NCBI GenBank assembly: GCA_964411615.1
Contig: CAYPLO010000023.1
Coordinates: 1 to 25,642, forward strand
DNA: 25,642 bases
Direction of reading: 5' to 3'
Source of the DNA: an uncultured Aquificales bacterium
GTDB lineage: Bacteria > Thermosulfidibacterota > Thermosulfidibacteria > Thermosulfidibacterales > Thermosulfidibacteraceae
The position numbers and the translations under genes were made by a program. The notes beneath the pieces are model-generated. The model saw nothing but the letters and a program-made list of their open reading frames with translations. It searched no databases and was not told where the DNA came from. Below, in pieces: positions 1 to 9,549 of the stretch (its first letter is position 1; each line of letters starts with the position of its first letter).

Positions 1-1448
1 TCGTTTATTATCCTGTTTGATATACGCTGTAGCAGGCTGTGGGGGAGCTTTGCCCAGTCGGCGGTCATGCCGTCGACGCTCTCCACCGCCCTCACGGCTA
101 TGACGTACTCGTAGGTCCTTTCGTCTCCCATTACACCAACGCTCTTTACGGGAAGAAGTACGGCAAAGGCCTGCCAGAGTTTTTCGTATAGACCGGCTTT
201 TCTAATCTCCTCAACCACTATGGCGTCTGCCTCTCTAAGTATGTCAAGCTTCTCTCTGGTGACTTCCCCCACCACCCTTATGGCCAGTCCTGGTCCGGGG
301 AAGGGATGGCGGTTTATTATCTCATCGGGCAGTCCCAAAAGCTTCCCCAGTTTCCTCACCTCGTCTTTGAAGAGGAATCTTAAAGGTTCTATCAGTTCAA
401 AGTTGAACCTTTCCGGCAGTCCCCCTACATTGTGGTGGCTCTTTATGGTTGACGATGGCCCCCAGACGGATACGCTCTCTATGACGTCTGGATACAGGGT
501 TCCCTGGGCAAGAAAACGGGCATCTTTGAACCTTTCAGCCTCCTCTTCAAAGACCCTTATGAAGAGCTCTCCTATGGTCTTTCTCTTCTTTTCCGGGTCC
601 GTTATTCCTTTTAGCGCATCAAGGAATCTTTCGGAGGCATCTACAAAGTGGACCCTTATTCCCAGTTTTGAGAAGGTGTTCAGCACCTTTTGAGCTTCGT
701 TCTTTCTCAGCAGGCCATTGTCCACAAATATGGGTATGAGTCTGTCTCCTATGGCTCTGTGCATGAGGGCTGTGACCACCGATGAGTCCACTCCTCCTGA
801 GAGGGCGCATATGACCTGTGAATCTCCTACCTTCTCCCTTATCTCCTTTACGCTCTTTTCTATGAAGTCTTCCATTCTCCAGTCTCTATTGCAGTTGCAT
901 ATCTTTACGGCGAAGTTTTCCAAAATTTCTGTTCCGTGTTCTGTGTGCACCACCTCCGGGTGGAACTGGACTCCCCATATGCTCCTTCCGTCTGTGAATG
1001 CGGCTACGGGACTGTTCTCCGTGCGGGCTATGGCCTTAAAGCCTGGGGGCATCTTAAGGATTCTGTCTCCGTGGCTCATCCACACCTGGAATCTTTGAGG
1101 GAGTCCTTCAAAGATGCCTGCGCTTTCAATCACTTCCAGCTGGGCGTATCCGTATTCCCTTCTCGGGCTTCTCTCCACCTCTCCACCCAGCATCTTTGTT
1201 ATGAGCTGCATACCGTAGCAGATGCCGAGGATGGGTTTTCCCATGTTAAGTATCTCCGGGGAGCAGGTGGGGGCTCCCTGGTCGTGGACGCTGGCGGGAC
1301 CTCCGGAGAGTATTATCCCCATGGTCTCTTTGGGCAGCTTCTCCGGCGGCGTTGATGGGGGGAATATCTCGCTGTATATGCCGAGTTCCCTTATCCTTCT
1401 TGCTATGAGCTGGGTGTACTGGGAGCCGAAGTCCAGTATGGCTATCAT
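1..1448 (-). CDS. guaA: GMP synthase (glutamine-hydrolysing), 3' end truncated by the window edge
   Basis: Not in the ORF track. Manual translation from the ATG at 1448 gives [28 protein letters not shown]. The same frame reads ...SNRIIN at the window edge, matching the GuaA C-terminal region. GAGGTG Shine-Dalgarno (SD) upstream. Confidence 0.96.
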   Translation of the reverse strand, partial: MIAILDFGSQYTQLIARRIRELGIYSEIFPPSTPPEKLPKETMGIILSGGPASVHDQGAPTCSPEILNMGKPILGICYGMQLITKMLGGEVERSPRREYGYAQLEVIESAGIFEGLPQRFQVWMSHGDRILKMPPGFKAIARTENSPVAAFTDGRSIWGVQFHPEVVHTEHGTEILENFAVKICNCNRDWRMEDFIEKSVKEIREKVGDSQVICALSGGVDSSVVTALMHRAIGDRLIPIFVDNGLLRKNEAQKVLNTFSKLGIRVHFVDASERFLDALKGITDPEKKRKTIGELFIRVFEEEAERFKDARFLAQGTLYPDVIESVSVWGPSSTIKSHHNVGGLPERFNFELIEPLRFLFKDEVRKLGKLLGLPDEIINRHPFPGPGLAIRVVGEVTREKLDILREADAIVVEEIRKAGLYEKLWQAFAVLLPVKSVGVMGDERTYEYVIAVRAVESVDGMTADWAKLPHSLLQRISNRIIN

Positions 1449-1451
1449 CTT

Positions 1452-1943
1452 TCACCTCAACAGTAGTCTTCCGAGGACCACCGCTACAAGGAATAGGGCC
1501 GTTAGATAGAGGAGTGCTATATCTATGACAGACCTGCTCCAGCCCTCCTGGTCCACCCTGTTGCCTAAGGCTTCGGTTAGGGACCTTTTGAGTCCCTGAA
1601 TGTCCCTGAAGATGAGGGGGACTATCATGACGTTATCCTGGGCCTGAATCCACAGGACCTTTCTCATTCCCAGCCTCTTTACCGCCACCTTCTCTATTTG
1701 GTCTTTGGGTATGCATCTGGTTCCGAACACAGTTCTTGAGCAGATGTCTTCATCTTTTATCACCAGGAACCTGAAGTTTATGAAGAGAAGTATGGCAGTG
1801 AGGGGGACCAGAAAGAGCAGGCCGAATCCTATGCCCCAGACCTTCCCCTTTGCGAAGAAGGCCAAGGTGAGTAGAGCCACAACGGCCCCTATCACCGCCG
1901 AAGGGATTATGTACAGGGGTGAGGGGCCGTATCTTTTGCTCAT
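1452..1943 (-). CDS. Hypothetical membrane protein (two N-terminal TM helices, a soluble beta-rich segment resembling bacterial PH domains, C-terminal TM)
   Basis: 163-aa ORF with hydrophobic segments. Its start overlaps the rplS stop (TGATG) and its stop lies 3 nt before the guaA ATG. Confidence 0.7.
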   Translation of the reverse strand: MSKRYGPSPLYIIPSAVIGAVVALLTLAFFAKGKVWGIGFGLLFLVPLTAILLFINFRFLVIKDEDICSRTVFGTRCIPKDQIEKVAVKRLGMRKVLWIQAQDNVMIVPLIFRDIQGLKRSLTEALGNRVDQEGWSRSVIDIALLYLTALFLVAVVLGRLLLR

Positions 1944-2329
1944 CAGCTCTGTTGCTGTTCCTTCTTGGCCTTGGGCCAGCGCTCCTTGATACGGGCTGCC
2001 TTACCGGAGAGCTCCCTGAGGTAGTAGAGCTTGGCTCTTCTGACCTTACCCCTCCTTATCACCTCAACCTTCTCAAGCCTGGGGGAGAAGAGGGGAAAGG
2101 TCCTCTCCACCCCTATGCCCCCTGTGGTTCTTCTCACGGTGAAGGTCCTTCTGTGCATGGCACCGGAGAACTTTATCACCACCCCCTCAAAGGGCTGGAC
2201 CCTCTCCTTGTTGCCCTCAACGATTCTGAAGTAGACCCTTACCGTATCTCCCACCCAGAACTCAGGAAGGTCCTTTTTGAGCTTCTCCATCTGCTCCTTC
2301 TCAATCTCCAGAATGGGGTCACCCTTCAT
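1943..2329 (-). CDS. rplS: 50S ribosomal protein L19
   Basis: [26 protein letters not shown]...[11 protein letters not shown]...[12 protein letters not shown]. Start placed at ATG 2329 (alternative 2335), downstream of GGAGGG. Confidence 0.97.
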   Translation of the reverse strand: MKGDPILEIEKEQMEKLKKDLPEFWVGDTVRVYFRIVEGNKERVQPFEGVVIKFSGAMHRRTFTVRRTTGGIGVERTFPLFSPRLEKVEVIRRGKVRRAKLYYLRELSGKAARIKERWPKAKKEQQQS

Positions 2330-2903
2330 CGCCATCCCTCCAGCCAAGCAGTCTGTCCAGTATGATAGCCGCCGCACAGCGGACGGACAGGTGGTTATAA
2401 TTACCCAAACCCTTGATAGGGTCAAGAATGTAATGGCACTTTTCTATCACCTTCTCTGCAAGTCCCCAGCCCGTTCCGAGAACTATTCCAAAGGGCTCCT
2501 TAGAGGACCACATGAGGCGGGACAGCTCTTTATAACCTATCCTTTTCCCGGTGAGCTCCCTGGCCGATGTGGCCACGAGAACGGGGCTTTTGCCCTCCCT
2601 CTCTTCGATGAGGGCCACCGCATCATCAAGGTATGGGACCACCTTCACAAGCTTGAGGGCTTCGTCCCTGTTGGGGTTGTAGATGGCACCAAAGCCACTC
2701 TTCCAGTGGGAGGTTATCCTTTCCACCATGGCCTGCTGGGCTCTCAGGGGGGTGGTCATTATCAGTCCCTTCCCCTCGTAGGTCCTTACGAGTCTTGAGA
2801 GGTCGTGTATGTCCAAGTTGGTGATGGAGGAGGCCACCACCTTTCCCCTCTTGTTGTAGACGGGGTAGTGGACCAGTATCAGGTAAAAGGAGGGTATCTT
2901 CAT
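2319..2903 (-). CDS. SPOUT-class RNA methyltransferase (COG4752/TM1570-like, TrmD-associated)
   Basis: [29 protein letters not shown]-terminus; GTGWGL and [22 protein letters not shown] knot motifs; directly downstream of trmD. Confidence 0.9.
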   Translation of the reverse strand: MKIPSFYLILVHYPVYNKRGKVVASSITNLDIHDLSRLVRTYEGKGLIMTTPLRAQQAMVERITSHWKSGFGAIYNPNRDEALKLVKVVPYLDDAVALIEEREGKSPVLVATSARELTGKRIGYKELSRLMWSSKEPFGIVLGTGWGLAEKVIEKCHYILDPIKGLGNYNHLSVRCAAAIILDRLLGWRDGDEG

Positions 2904-3628
2904 GCCTTCCCCTTCACTATCTCTGTGAGTAGCTTCTTGTCCTCCTCAGACAGGGGAGCATAAGCTAGTAGGTCCGGCCTTCTGGTTAAGGTCTCTTTGA
3001 GCTGCTGCACTCTCCTCCAGAGGGCTATGGCCCTGTGATTCCCCGACCTGAGGACCTGAGGAACCTCCATGCCTCTGAAGACCGCAGGCCTTGTGTATTG
3101 AGGATACTCCAGCAGGCCCCTGCTGAAGGACTCTTCCTCCAGTGAGCCGGGGCATCCCAGAACCCCTGGTATGTGCCTTGCCACAGCGTCCACTATGCAG
3201 AGGGCTGCAAATTCTCCCCCTGACAGGACGTAATCCCCTATTGATACCGCTTCGTCCACAAAGCTCATGACCCTTTCGTCAATTCCCTCGTATCTACCGC
3301 ATACGAGGGTTATGCTGCTGTGCTCTGCCAGCTTGCGTGCCATATCCTGGGTGAATCTGGAGCCCCTGGGGGAGAGCATTATGACCTTTGTGTTGGGGGA
3401 TTTCTTTCTGACATGTTCTATAGCCTCAACTATGGGCTCAGGCTTCATCACCATCCCGGCTCCGCCGCCGTAAGGCTCATCGTCAACGGTTCTGTGCCTG
3501 TCTGTGGTGAAGTCCCTGGGGTTTACCGCAACCACCTTCACTACGCCGCTTTCCATGGCCTTTCCCAGGACTCCGTATTTCAGGCAGGATGTAATCTCGG
3601 GGAATATGGTTATGATGTAGAAGGTCAA
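2900..3628 (-). CDS. trmD: tRNA (guanine37-N1)-methyltransferase
   Basis: [53 protein letters not shown] motifs; TTG start. Confidence 0.98.
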   Translation of the reverse strand: MTFYIITIFPEITSCLKYGVLGKAMESGVVKVVAVNPRDFTTDRHRTVDDEPYGGGAGMVMKPEPIVEAIEHVRKKSPNTKVIMLSPRGSRFTQDMARKLAEHSSITLVCGRYEGIDERVMSFVDEAVSIGDYVLSGGEFAALCIVDAVARHIPGVLGCPGSLEEESFSRGLLEYPQYTRPAVFRGMEVPQVLRSGNHRAIALWRRVQQLKETLTRRPDLLAYAPLSEEDKKLLTEIVKGKA

Positions 3629-4128
3629 ATCAGTCCCTCGACGGGGTCTATGACCATTACCCCTTCTTCTGTGTCTATACGTTCCGTGAATACCGAAGGG
3701 ACGAGAACTTCCCTATCACCGTCTCTTATCACGTAGACATCGTGGGCCCCTGTGGCCATTATCTCTTCCAGAATCCCCACGAATTCTCCTTTTTTGGTGA
3801 AGACCTTGAGCCCTATGAGCTCAAACCAGTAGTGCTCTCCCTCCTCAAGGGGCACGAGGTCCTGGTATCTAACCTCTAAGAACCACCCCTTGAAGAACTT
3901 GACCGCCTCCGGTGTGTCAAGCCCCTTGAACTTGACTATGTAGGACCTGTGATGCGGCCTTATGTACTCCACCTCCATGTATATCCTTCTGTTTCCCTTG
4001 CGCAGGAAGAACCCTGCCTGCTTGGTTATGTTCTCGGGGATGTCTGTTTCAATGGAGCACTTGGCTTCACCATGAATGCCGAAGGGACCGAGGATTTTGC
4101 TCACTATGGCGAACCCTTCTCTCTTCAT
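3625..4128 (-). CDS. rimM: 16S rRNA processing / ribosome maturation factor RimM
   Basis: GPFGIHGE N-terminus, [16 protein letters not shown] and TGAHDVYVI (PRC barrel); canonical position between khpA and trmD. Confidence 0.95.
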   Translation of the reverse strand: MKREGFAIVSKILGPFGIHGEAKCSIETDIPENITKQAGFFLRKGNRRIYMEVEYIRPHHRSYIVKFKGLDTPEAVKFFKGWFLEVRYQDLVPLEEGEHYWFELIGLKVFTKKGEFVGILEEIMATGAHDVYVIRDGDREVLVPSVFTERIDTEEGVMVIDPVEGLI

Positions 4129-4133
4129 GGCTC

Positions 4134-4165
4134 AAAAAGAAGGGGCGGACGTGGTGTCCACCCCT
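4134..4165 (-). terminator. Intrinsic terminator/attenuator-like hairpin between khpA and rimM
   Basis: Minus strand AGGGGTGGAC-ACCAC-GTCCGCCCCT (10-bp stem with one G-U pair) followed by TCTTTTT. Confidence 0.7.
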
Positions 4166-4179
4166 GGCTTACAGGTTTT

Positions 4180-4479
4180 CTCTCCCTAACCCCTGTTTGC
4201 AGTTACTCCAGAATCTCCAGAACCGCCCTTTTCCCCTGCTTTGTGGCAGCAGCGGAGAGTATGGTTCTTATGGCCCGGGCTGTTCTGCCCTGTCTGCCTA
4301 TTATCTTGCCCAAATCCTCAGGGGCTACCCTGAGTTCAAGGACACAGGTCCTCTCACCAACCACCTCTGTAACCTGCACCTTATCGGGGTTATCGGCTAT
4401 GGCCTTAGCTATCTGCTCAACCAGCTCCTTGAACATCTCCCACCTCCGTCATCAACGGGAAATTTGGGGTTAGGGAGAG
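4180..4479. repeat. Perfect 14-bp inverted repeat flanking khpA (arms 4180-4193 and 4466-4479)
   Basis: CTCTCCCTAACCCC at 4180-4193 is the exact reverse complement of GGGGTTAGGGAGAG at 4466-4479. Both arms are intergenic. Confidence 0.85.
4203..4436 (-). CDS. khpA: KH-domain RNA-binding protein KhpA (YlqC/UPF0109)
   Basis: [26 protein letters not shown] with GxxG loop; 77 aa; located between rpsP and rimM. Confidence 0.95.
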   Translation of the reverse strand: MFKELVEQIAKAIADNPDKVQVTEVVGERTCVLELRVAPEDLGKIIGRQGRTARAIRTILSAAATKQGKRAVLEILE

Positions 4480-4480
4480 T

Positions 4481-4726
4481 TTAGCCCACAGTTATGCCCG
4501 CCTTTCTGAGAACCCACCTCGCCTGGGATGTGGGTTGTGCTCCCTTTTTTAGCCACTCTCTGGCCTTCTCCTCGTCAATCTTGATTTCAGGGGGTTCCTT
4601 CAGCGGGTCGTAGTAGCCCAGTATCTCAATGAACCTCCCGTCCCTCGGTGCCCTGGCATCCGCCACAACAACCCTGTAGAAGGGCCTGTGCCTCTTGCCC
4701 ATGCGCATAAGCCGTATCCGGACCAC
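4481..4726 (-). CDS. rpsP: 30S ribosomal protein S16
   Basis: [40 protein letters not shown]...[12 protein letters not shown] start with GGAGGT SD. Confidence 0.98.
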   Translation of the reverse strand: MVRIRLMRMGKRHRPFYRVVVADARAPRDGRFIEILGYYDPLKEPPEIKIDEEKAREWLKKGAQPTSQARWVLRKAGITVG

Positions 4727-4739
4727 TCAACCACCTCCT

Positions 4740-6104
4740 TCAGTGTAGCATTTTGGTTATGTCAAAGCCCATATCGCCGAAGGGCAATCCCTTAAACTTT
4801 TTCTTACCCTTTTTTCCCTTTTTCAACCCCTTCATCATCTTCTTCATCTGCTGGTACTGCTTCAGGACCCTGTTCACCATCTGGACGCTGGTGCCGGAGC
4901 CTCTGGCTATCCTCCTTTTTCTGCTGGAGTTTATTATGGAGGGATTCCTCCTCTCCTCGGGGGTCATGGAGTTTATCACCGCCTCCATGTGGATGAGCTC
5001 TTTCTCGTTTATCCGGGCGTTTTTGAGCATCTTCTTCATTCCACCGAATCCTGGCAGCATCTCTATCAGACTTTCGATAGAGCCCATGCTTCTTAAGGCC
5101 CTTAGCTGCTCCCTCATGTCCTCAAGGGTGAACTCACCCTCAAGGAGCCTCTTCTCCATCTCGGCGGCCTTCTTCTCGTCAAAGGCCCTCTGGGCCTTCT
5201 CTATGAGGGTGAGTATGTCGCCCATACCCAGGATGCGGTTGGCCACCCTGTCGGGATGGAAGGGCTCAAGCATATCCAGCTTCTCGCCCACTCCAACGTA
5301 CTTTATGGGCTTGCCCACCACCCTCTTAATGGAGAGGGCCGCACCCCCTCTGGCGTCTCCGTCCATTTTGGTGAGGATGATACCGGTTATGCCCACCCTC
5401 TCGTTGAAGGTGGTGGCAACGTTCACCGCTTCCTGTCCCGTCATGGCGTCCACAACCAGCAGTATCTCGTGGGGCTTCACCGCATCCCTTATGGCTTCAA
5501 GCTCCTGCATCATCTCTTCGTCTATGTGGAGCCTTCCGGCGGTGTCTATTATGACGATGTCGGCCCCGAGGGTTCTGGACTCCTTAACGGCGCCTAAGGC
5601 TATGTTCACAGGGTTATCCTGTCTGTGAAAGACGGGTACCCCCACCTCCTCTCCCAGAACCTTCAGCTGGTCCACAGCTGCCGGTCTGTATACGTCCGCT
5701 GCAACAAGCATGGGCAGATGGCCCTGTGATTTGAGCATCCTGGCCAGCTTTGCGGCGGTTGTGGTCTTACCTGAACCCTGTAGCCCCACCATCATAACCA
5801 CCGTTGGAGGGGTGGGGGACAGGGTGAGGGGTTCATGCTTCTCTCCCAGAAGTTCCACCAGCTTGTTGTGGACGCTTTTAACAACCTCTTGAGTGGGGGT
5901 GAGGGCCTCCGATATCTCCTTGCCCAGAAGCTCCGCCTTTATCTCTTCCGTTATGGACCTTACAACATTTACGTTTACATCGGCCTCCAGAAGGGCGACC
6001 CTGACTTCCCTGAGAACCGCCTCTATATCTTCCTTGGTGAGCCTTCCCTTTTTGCCCACCCGTCCGAAGACCTTCTGCAGCCTGTCCGAAAGCGCTTCAA
6101 ACAT
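4740..6104 (-). CDS. ffh: Signal recognition particle protein Ffh
   Basis: [15 protein letters not shown] and [14 protein letters not shown]ase motifs; M domain SMTPEER...[11 protein letters not shown]; start at ATG 6104 (MFEALSDRL). Confidence 0.98.
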   Translation of the reverse strand: MFEALSDRLQKVFGRVGKKGRLTKEDIEAVLREVRVALLEADVNVNVVRSITEEIKAELLGKEISEALTPTQEVVKSVHNKLVELLGEKHEPLTLSPTPPTVVMMVGLQGSGKTTTAAKLARMLKSQGHLPMLVAADVYRPAAVDQLKVLGEEVGVPVFHRQDNPVNIALGAVKESRTLGADIVIIDTAGRLHIDEEMMQELEAIRDAVKPHEILLVVDAMTGQEAVNVATTFNERVGITGIILTKMDGDARGGAALSIKRVVGKPIKYVGVGEKLDMLEPFHPDRVANRILGMGDILTLIEKAQRAFDEKKAAEMEKRLLEGEFTLEDMREQLRALRSMGSIESLIEMLPGFGGMKKMLKNARINEKELIHMEAVINSMTPEERRNPSIINSSRKRRIARGSGTSVQMVNRVLKQYQQMKKMMKGLKKGKKGKKKFKGLPFGDMGFDITKMLH

Positions 6105-6132
6105 ACCTGTCCCCCTGCCCAGTGGCAAAGGC

Positions 6133-6161
6133 TAAATATAATCGCAGGGTTCCTATGTCAA
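6133..6161 (-). promoter_or_regulatory. Putative sigma70 promoter for the ffh operon
   Basis: Minus strand TTGACA (6161-6156) followed by an AT-rich TATATTTA at 15-17 nt spacing. Confidence 0.5.
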
Positions 6162-6599
6162 CTAAATGTCCTGGAGAAGTTTCATCCATATGAGGAAGGA
6201 CCTCTTCAGGGTCTCCCTCTCCTCTTCCGTCAGCTTGTCTATGTTCCTTGATATGACCTCTCTGAGGGCGTCTTCAAACTTTTCGTAGGCGTGCTTGCCC
6301 TTGGGGGTTATGGAGATGACCACCTTTCTCCTGTCCGACTTCAACCTCTGTTTCTTTACGTATCCTTTGTCTTCAAGCTTGTTGGTTATGTTTGTGAGCT
6401 TGCTTGCCCTTACGGGGGTCAGTTCCTGGTGGAGGGTGCTTAGTAGCATCTTCCCGTCGGGGCTGTTGTACAGCAGGGATAGTATGAGCATCTCTGCATC
6501 GGACATATCGGTGGCGTAGGAGAAAAGTTTTCTTATGTGGGGTCTCATGTTCCTCATACCGAGGATTATCTCTTCTACCGCGCTGCTTACCTCCTGCAT
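6162..6599 (-). CDS. MarR-family winged-helix transcriptional regulator
   Basis: [34 protein letters not shown], the MarR wing motif DRR...LTxxG. Probable start ATG 6599 after GGGGA. Divergent from the catabolic operon. Confidence 0.9.
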   Translation of the reverse strand: MQEVSSAVEEIILGMRNMRPHIRKLFSYATDMSDAEMLILSLLYNSPDGKMLLSTLHQELTPVRASKLTNITNKLEDKGYVKKQRLKSDRRKVVISITPKGKHAYEKFEDALREVISRNIDKLTEEERETLKRSFLIWMKLLQDI

Positions 6600-6630
6600 T
6601 TCATCCCCCACGAGGAAAATTTTTCGTTTC

Positions 6631-6659
6631 TTGATTTTTCGGCAATATACAGTTAGCAT
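6631..6659 (+). promoter_or_regulatory. Putative sigma70 promoter for the AbfD-like gene
   Basis: TTGATT (6631-6636), 17 nt, TAGCAT (6654-6659). Confidence 0.6.
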
Positions 6660-6672
6660 GGTCAAAAATCAA
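6644..6672 (-). promoter_or_regulatory. Putative sigma70 promoter for the MarR gene, overlapping the opposite promoter
   Basis: Minus strand TTGATT (6672-6667), 17 nt, TATATT (6649-6644). Confidence 0.6.
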
Positions 6673-6688
6673 TAAGGGAGGTTTAAAA

Positions 6689-8113
6689 ATGCTTATCGGT
6701 AAAGGCGATTACGTAAACAGGCTGTCCAAAAAGTCTTTGAGGGTTTACGTTAACGGCGAGAGGGTGGAGAACTTTGTTGAGCATCCCAATATTAAACCGA
6801 TAATTGATTCCATAGGCCTCACCTATGAGCTCGCCCAGGCCGATGAGTACAGGGAGCTTACCACGGCCCATTCCCAGTTCATAGATGAGCCCGTAAACAG
6901 GTTCCTGCACATCTACACCACCAAGGAGGACCTGCTGGCGAGGCTCAAGCTTGCCAGGTTCTACAGCCAGAGGCTCGCCACATGTAACTACAGGTGTGTG
7001 GGCTCCGATGCCCTGAACGCCCTTTACACGGTGACCTACGAGATGGACGAGGCTCTGGGAACCGAGTACCACAAGAGGCTGGTGGAGTATATCAAGTACG
7101 CCCAGAGGAACGATTTGGCCCTTTCCGGTGCCCTCACCGATGTTAAGGGGGACAGGAGCAAGAAGCCCCACGAGCAGGACGATATGTACCTGAAGATAGT
7201 TGAGAAGCGCTCCGACGGCATAGTGGTTAAGGGTGCCAAGGCCCACCAGTCCGGTGCTGTGGCGGTTGATGAGACCATCGTTATGCCCACCATAGCGCTG
7301 AAGGAGGAGGACAAGGCCTATGCCGTGGCCTTTGCAGTGCCTGCGGGTGCTGAGGGGCTCATATACGTGATGCAGAACAACGCCTTTGAGGCCAAGCGCA
7401 GGGAGGATGGGGAGTGGGAGTTCGGGAATCCCTATGGAGTGAGGGGAACGTGCCTGATGATATTTGATAACGTCTTTATTCCTTGGGAGAGGGTGTTCAT
7501 GTGCGAGGAGTACAAGTATGCGGCACCCCTTGTGGGCAACTTCGCCAATATCCACAGGTATGTGGGCTCTGGATGCAAGGCAGGCTTTATAGACACCATA
7601 ATAGGGGCTGCCGAGCTCATGGCTGATTATAACGGAGTTCTTAACGCCTCACATATACAGGCCAAGATAACGGAGATGATAAGGGGCTGCGAGGGGTGCT
7701 ACGCCTGTGCCCTTGCGGCAGGGTATGAGGCCCAGCAGACGAAGTCGGGTGTGTGGTTGCCCGATGGCCTCTACTCCAACGTCTCAAAGCTCCTTGGATT
7801 TACCGCCATAGGCGATGCCATAGTCTATCTTGCCGACATAGCCGGTGGTATATGCGTCACCTGCCCATCTGAGAGGGACCTGAAGAATCCGGAGATAGGC
7901 AGGTACATAGAGCATTATCTCAGGGGCAGGGAAGACGTTCCCACTGAGGCCAGGATGAAGGTCATCAAGTTCATAGAGTACTGGGTGGCCGGTCCCCATG
8001 AGGGTGGGGCGGTTCACGGTGGCGGCTCTCCCATAACTCCAAACCTCTTTATAAAGAGGCTGGCCAATGTGAAGGAGAAGGTGGAGCTGGTCAGGGGGCT
8101 CCTGAAGCTTTAG
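6689..8113 (+). CDS. 4-hydroxybutyryl-CoA dehydratase (AbfD)-like FAD/[4Fe-4S] protein of the HpaB/PvcC/4-BUDH family; substrate unknown
   Basis: C99-NYR-C103 (6983-6997) and H289-x6-C296 (7553-7576) cluster ligands; [19 protein letters not shown] and HGGGSP motifs. Colinear with AbfD as recalled from memory. Confidence 0.9.
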   Translation: MLIGKGDYVNRLSKKSLRVYVNGERVENFVEHPNIKPIIDSIGLTYELAQADEYRELTTAHSQFIDEPVNRFLHIYTTKEDLLARLKLARFYSQRLATCNYRCVGSDALNALYTVTYEMDEALGTEYHKRLVEYIKYAQRNDLALSGALTDVKGDRSKKPHEQDDMYLKIVEKRSDGIVVKGAKAHQSGAVAVDETIVMPTIALKEEDKAYAVAFAVPAGAEGLIYVMQNNAFEAKRREDGEWEFGNPYGVRGTCLMIFDNVFIPWERVFMCEEYKYAAPLVGNFANIHRYVGSGCKAGFIDTIIGAAELMADYNGVLNASHIQAKITEMIRGCEGCYACALAAGYEAQQTKSGVWLPDGLYSNVSKLLGFTAIGDAIVYLADIAGGICVTCPSERDLKNPEIGRYIEHYLRGREDVPTEARMKVIKFIEYWVAGPHEGGAVHGGGSPITPNLFIKRLANVKEKVELVRGLLKL

Positions 8114-8128
8114 CCACACTGAACGGTG

Positions 8129-8157
8129 TTGACAAAAAACAAAACGTTATGTAAAAG
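8129..8157 (+). promoter_or_regulatory. Putative internal promoter upstream of the first CoA-transferase pair
   Basis: Perfect TTGACA (8129-8134), 17 nt, TAAAAG (weak -10), in an AT-rich intergenic gap. Confidence 0.45.
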
Positions 8158-8199
8158 TTGAAAGGTCAGTTTTCCTAATCAACCGGTGGAGGTGTTCCT

Positions 8200-9534
8200 A
8201 TGGATGGGGGTATGGTTTACCAAGATATGATAAAGGAGGTCTTCTCTCCTGAGAAGCTGTTTGAGAAGCCTGAGGCTCTTAAGGGTATAAGGGTTCTTGA
8301 TGTGACCGCCGTTGTTCTCGGTCCCGCTGCTGTGGATTTTCTGGCGGAGTTTGGCGCCGAGGTGATAAAGTTTGAGCCTGCCCATGGAGACCAGATGAGG
8401 TTCGTCACCCCCTTCGCCTACTTCTGGAAGAACATGTCTCCCGGATTGTGGGAGCAGCAGCACAACAGGTACTGGGTGGGTATGCACCTTGGCCATCCCA
8501 AGGCTAAGGAGCTCTTCCTGAAGTTCGTTGAGAAGGCGGACGTGGTGGTTGACAATCTCACCCCCGGCAGGCTTGCCCAGTGGGGTGTGGACTACAGCGT
8601 CCTCAGGGAGATAAACCCGCGCATCATACAGCTTCACGTCTCTGGATTCGGAAGCTGGGGGCCCTGGACGGGAAGGACGTCCTACGATGCCATAGCCCAG
8701 TCCATGGGTGGTCTGGCGTATATAACCGGATTTGAGGGTAGGGGACCCATAAAGTCCGGTGTGTGGATTGCAGACTGGCTCAACGGTCTCATGTGTGCTG
8801 TGGCCATTGTGGCGGCTCTCAACTACAGGGAGAAGACGGGCGAGGGCCAGTTCATAGATATGCAGCAGGTGGAGAACGTTATAAGGATGCTGGACTGGAC
8901 CTGGCTTTACGTGTATCTCACCGGCAAGAACAGGCCCAGGGCGGGCAACAGGGACCTGGCAATATGCCCCTCCGACCTCTTTGACTGCGCCGACGGGTGG
9001 ATTGCCATAACGGCCTTCACGGAGGAGGAGTTTGAGGGGCTCTGCAGGGCCATGGGGAGGATGGACCTCTTTGAGAAGTACAGGGACCCCGTTGAGAGGC
9101 TCAAGGACGAGAACGCCAGGGCCCTGCTGAAGGAGATAGCCGATTGGGCTAAGGATAAGAACTCCGAGTACATAATAAAGCTTGCGGACAAGTACGGTTT
9201 TGCCGCAACGAGGGTTCTTGAGGTTGATGACGTTTATCACGGTGAACACTTCAACGAGAGGAAGGCCATACAGGAGTATGAGGACGAGGTCTACGGCTTC
9301 TTCAAGGAGCAGGCCTATCCTCCGAGGCTGAGCCAGACCCCCAGCAGGGTCAAATGGGGCGCAAGGCCTGTGGGCTTTGATAACGAATACGTATTTGTGA
9401 ACATACTGGGGTTGCCCCTTGAAGAGGTTAAGAAGCTGGAGGAGGAGGGGGTCATATTCAAGTGGAATCCCGACATCCCCTCCACATGTCCGCCTCCCGA
9501 CTGGGACGGCAAATCCGGTGTGAAGTATCCTTAA
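8200..9534 (+). CDS. Family III (CaiB/BaiF) CoA-transferase, subunit A (catalytic Asp present)
   Basis: LKGIRVLDV...GP...[42 protein letters not shown]192. Confidence 0.93.
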   Translation: MDGGMVYQDMIKEVFSPEKLFEKPEALKGIRVLDVTAVVLGPAAVDFLAEFGAEVIKFEPAHGDQMRFVTPFAYFWKNMSPGLWEQQHNRYWVGMHLGHPKAKELFLKFVEKADVVVDNLTPGRLAQWGVDYSVLREINPRIIQLHVSGFGSWGPWTGRTSYDAIAQSMGGLAYITGFEGRGPIKSGVWIADWLNGLMCAVAIVAALNYREKTGEGQFIDMQQVENVIRMLDWTWLYVYLTGKNRPRAGNRDLAICPSDLFDCADGWIAITAFTEEEFEGLCRAMGRMDLFEKYRDPVERLKDENARALLKEIADWAKDKNSEYIIKLADKYGFAATRVLEVDDVYHGEHFNERKAIQEYEDEVYGFFKEQAYPPRLSQTPSRVKWGARPVGFDNEYVFVNILGLPLEEVKKLEEEGVIFKWNPDIPSTCPPPDWDGKSGVKYP

Positions 9535-9549
9535 TCAGGAGGTGAGACC

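Noticed and set aside
1246..1455. 69-aa minus-strand ORF and the plus-strand ORFs over 220-1509
   Set aside because: They are out-of-frame or antisense to guaA, which the ORF track missed because it lacks a stop inside the window.
6689..8113. Annotation as 4-hydroxyphenylacetate 3-monooxygenase (hpaB)
   Set aside because: The protein retains the Cys/Cys/His/Cys FeS ligands typical of AbfD, no flavin reductase (hpaC) is nearby, and the context is CoA-thioester chemistry.
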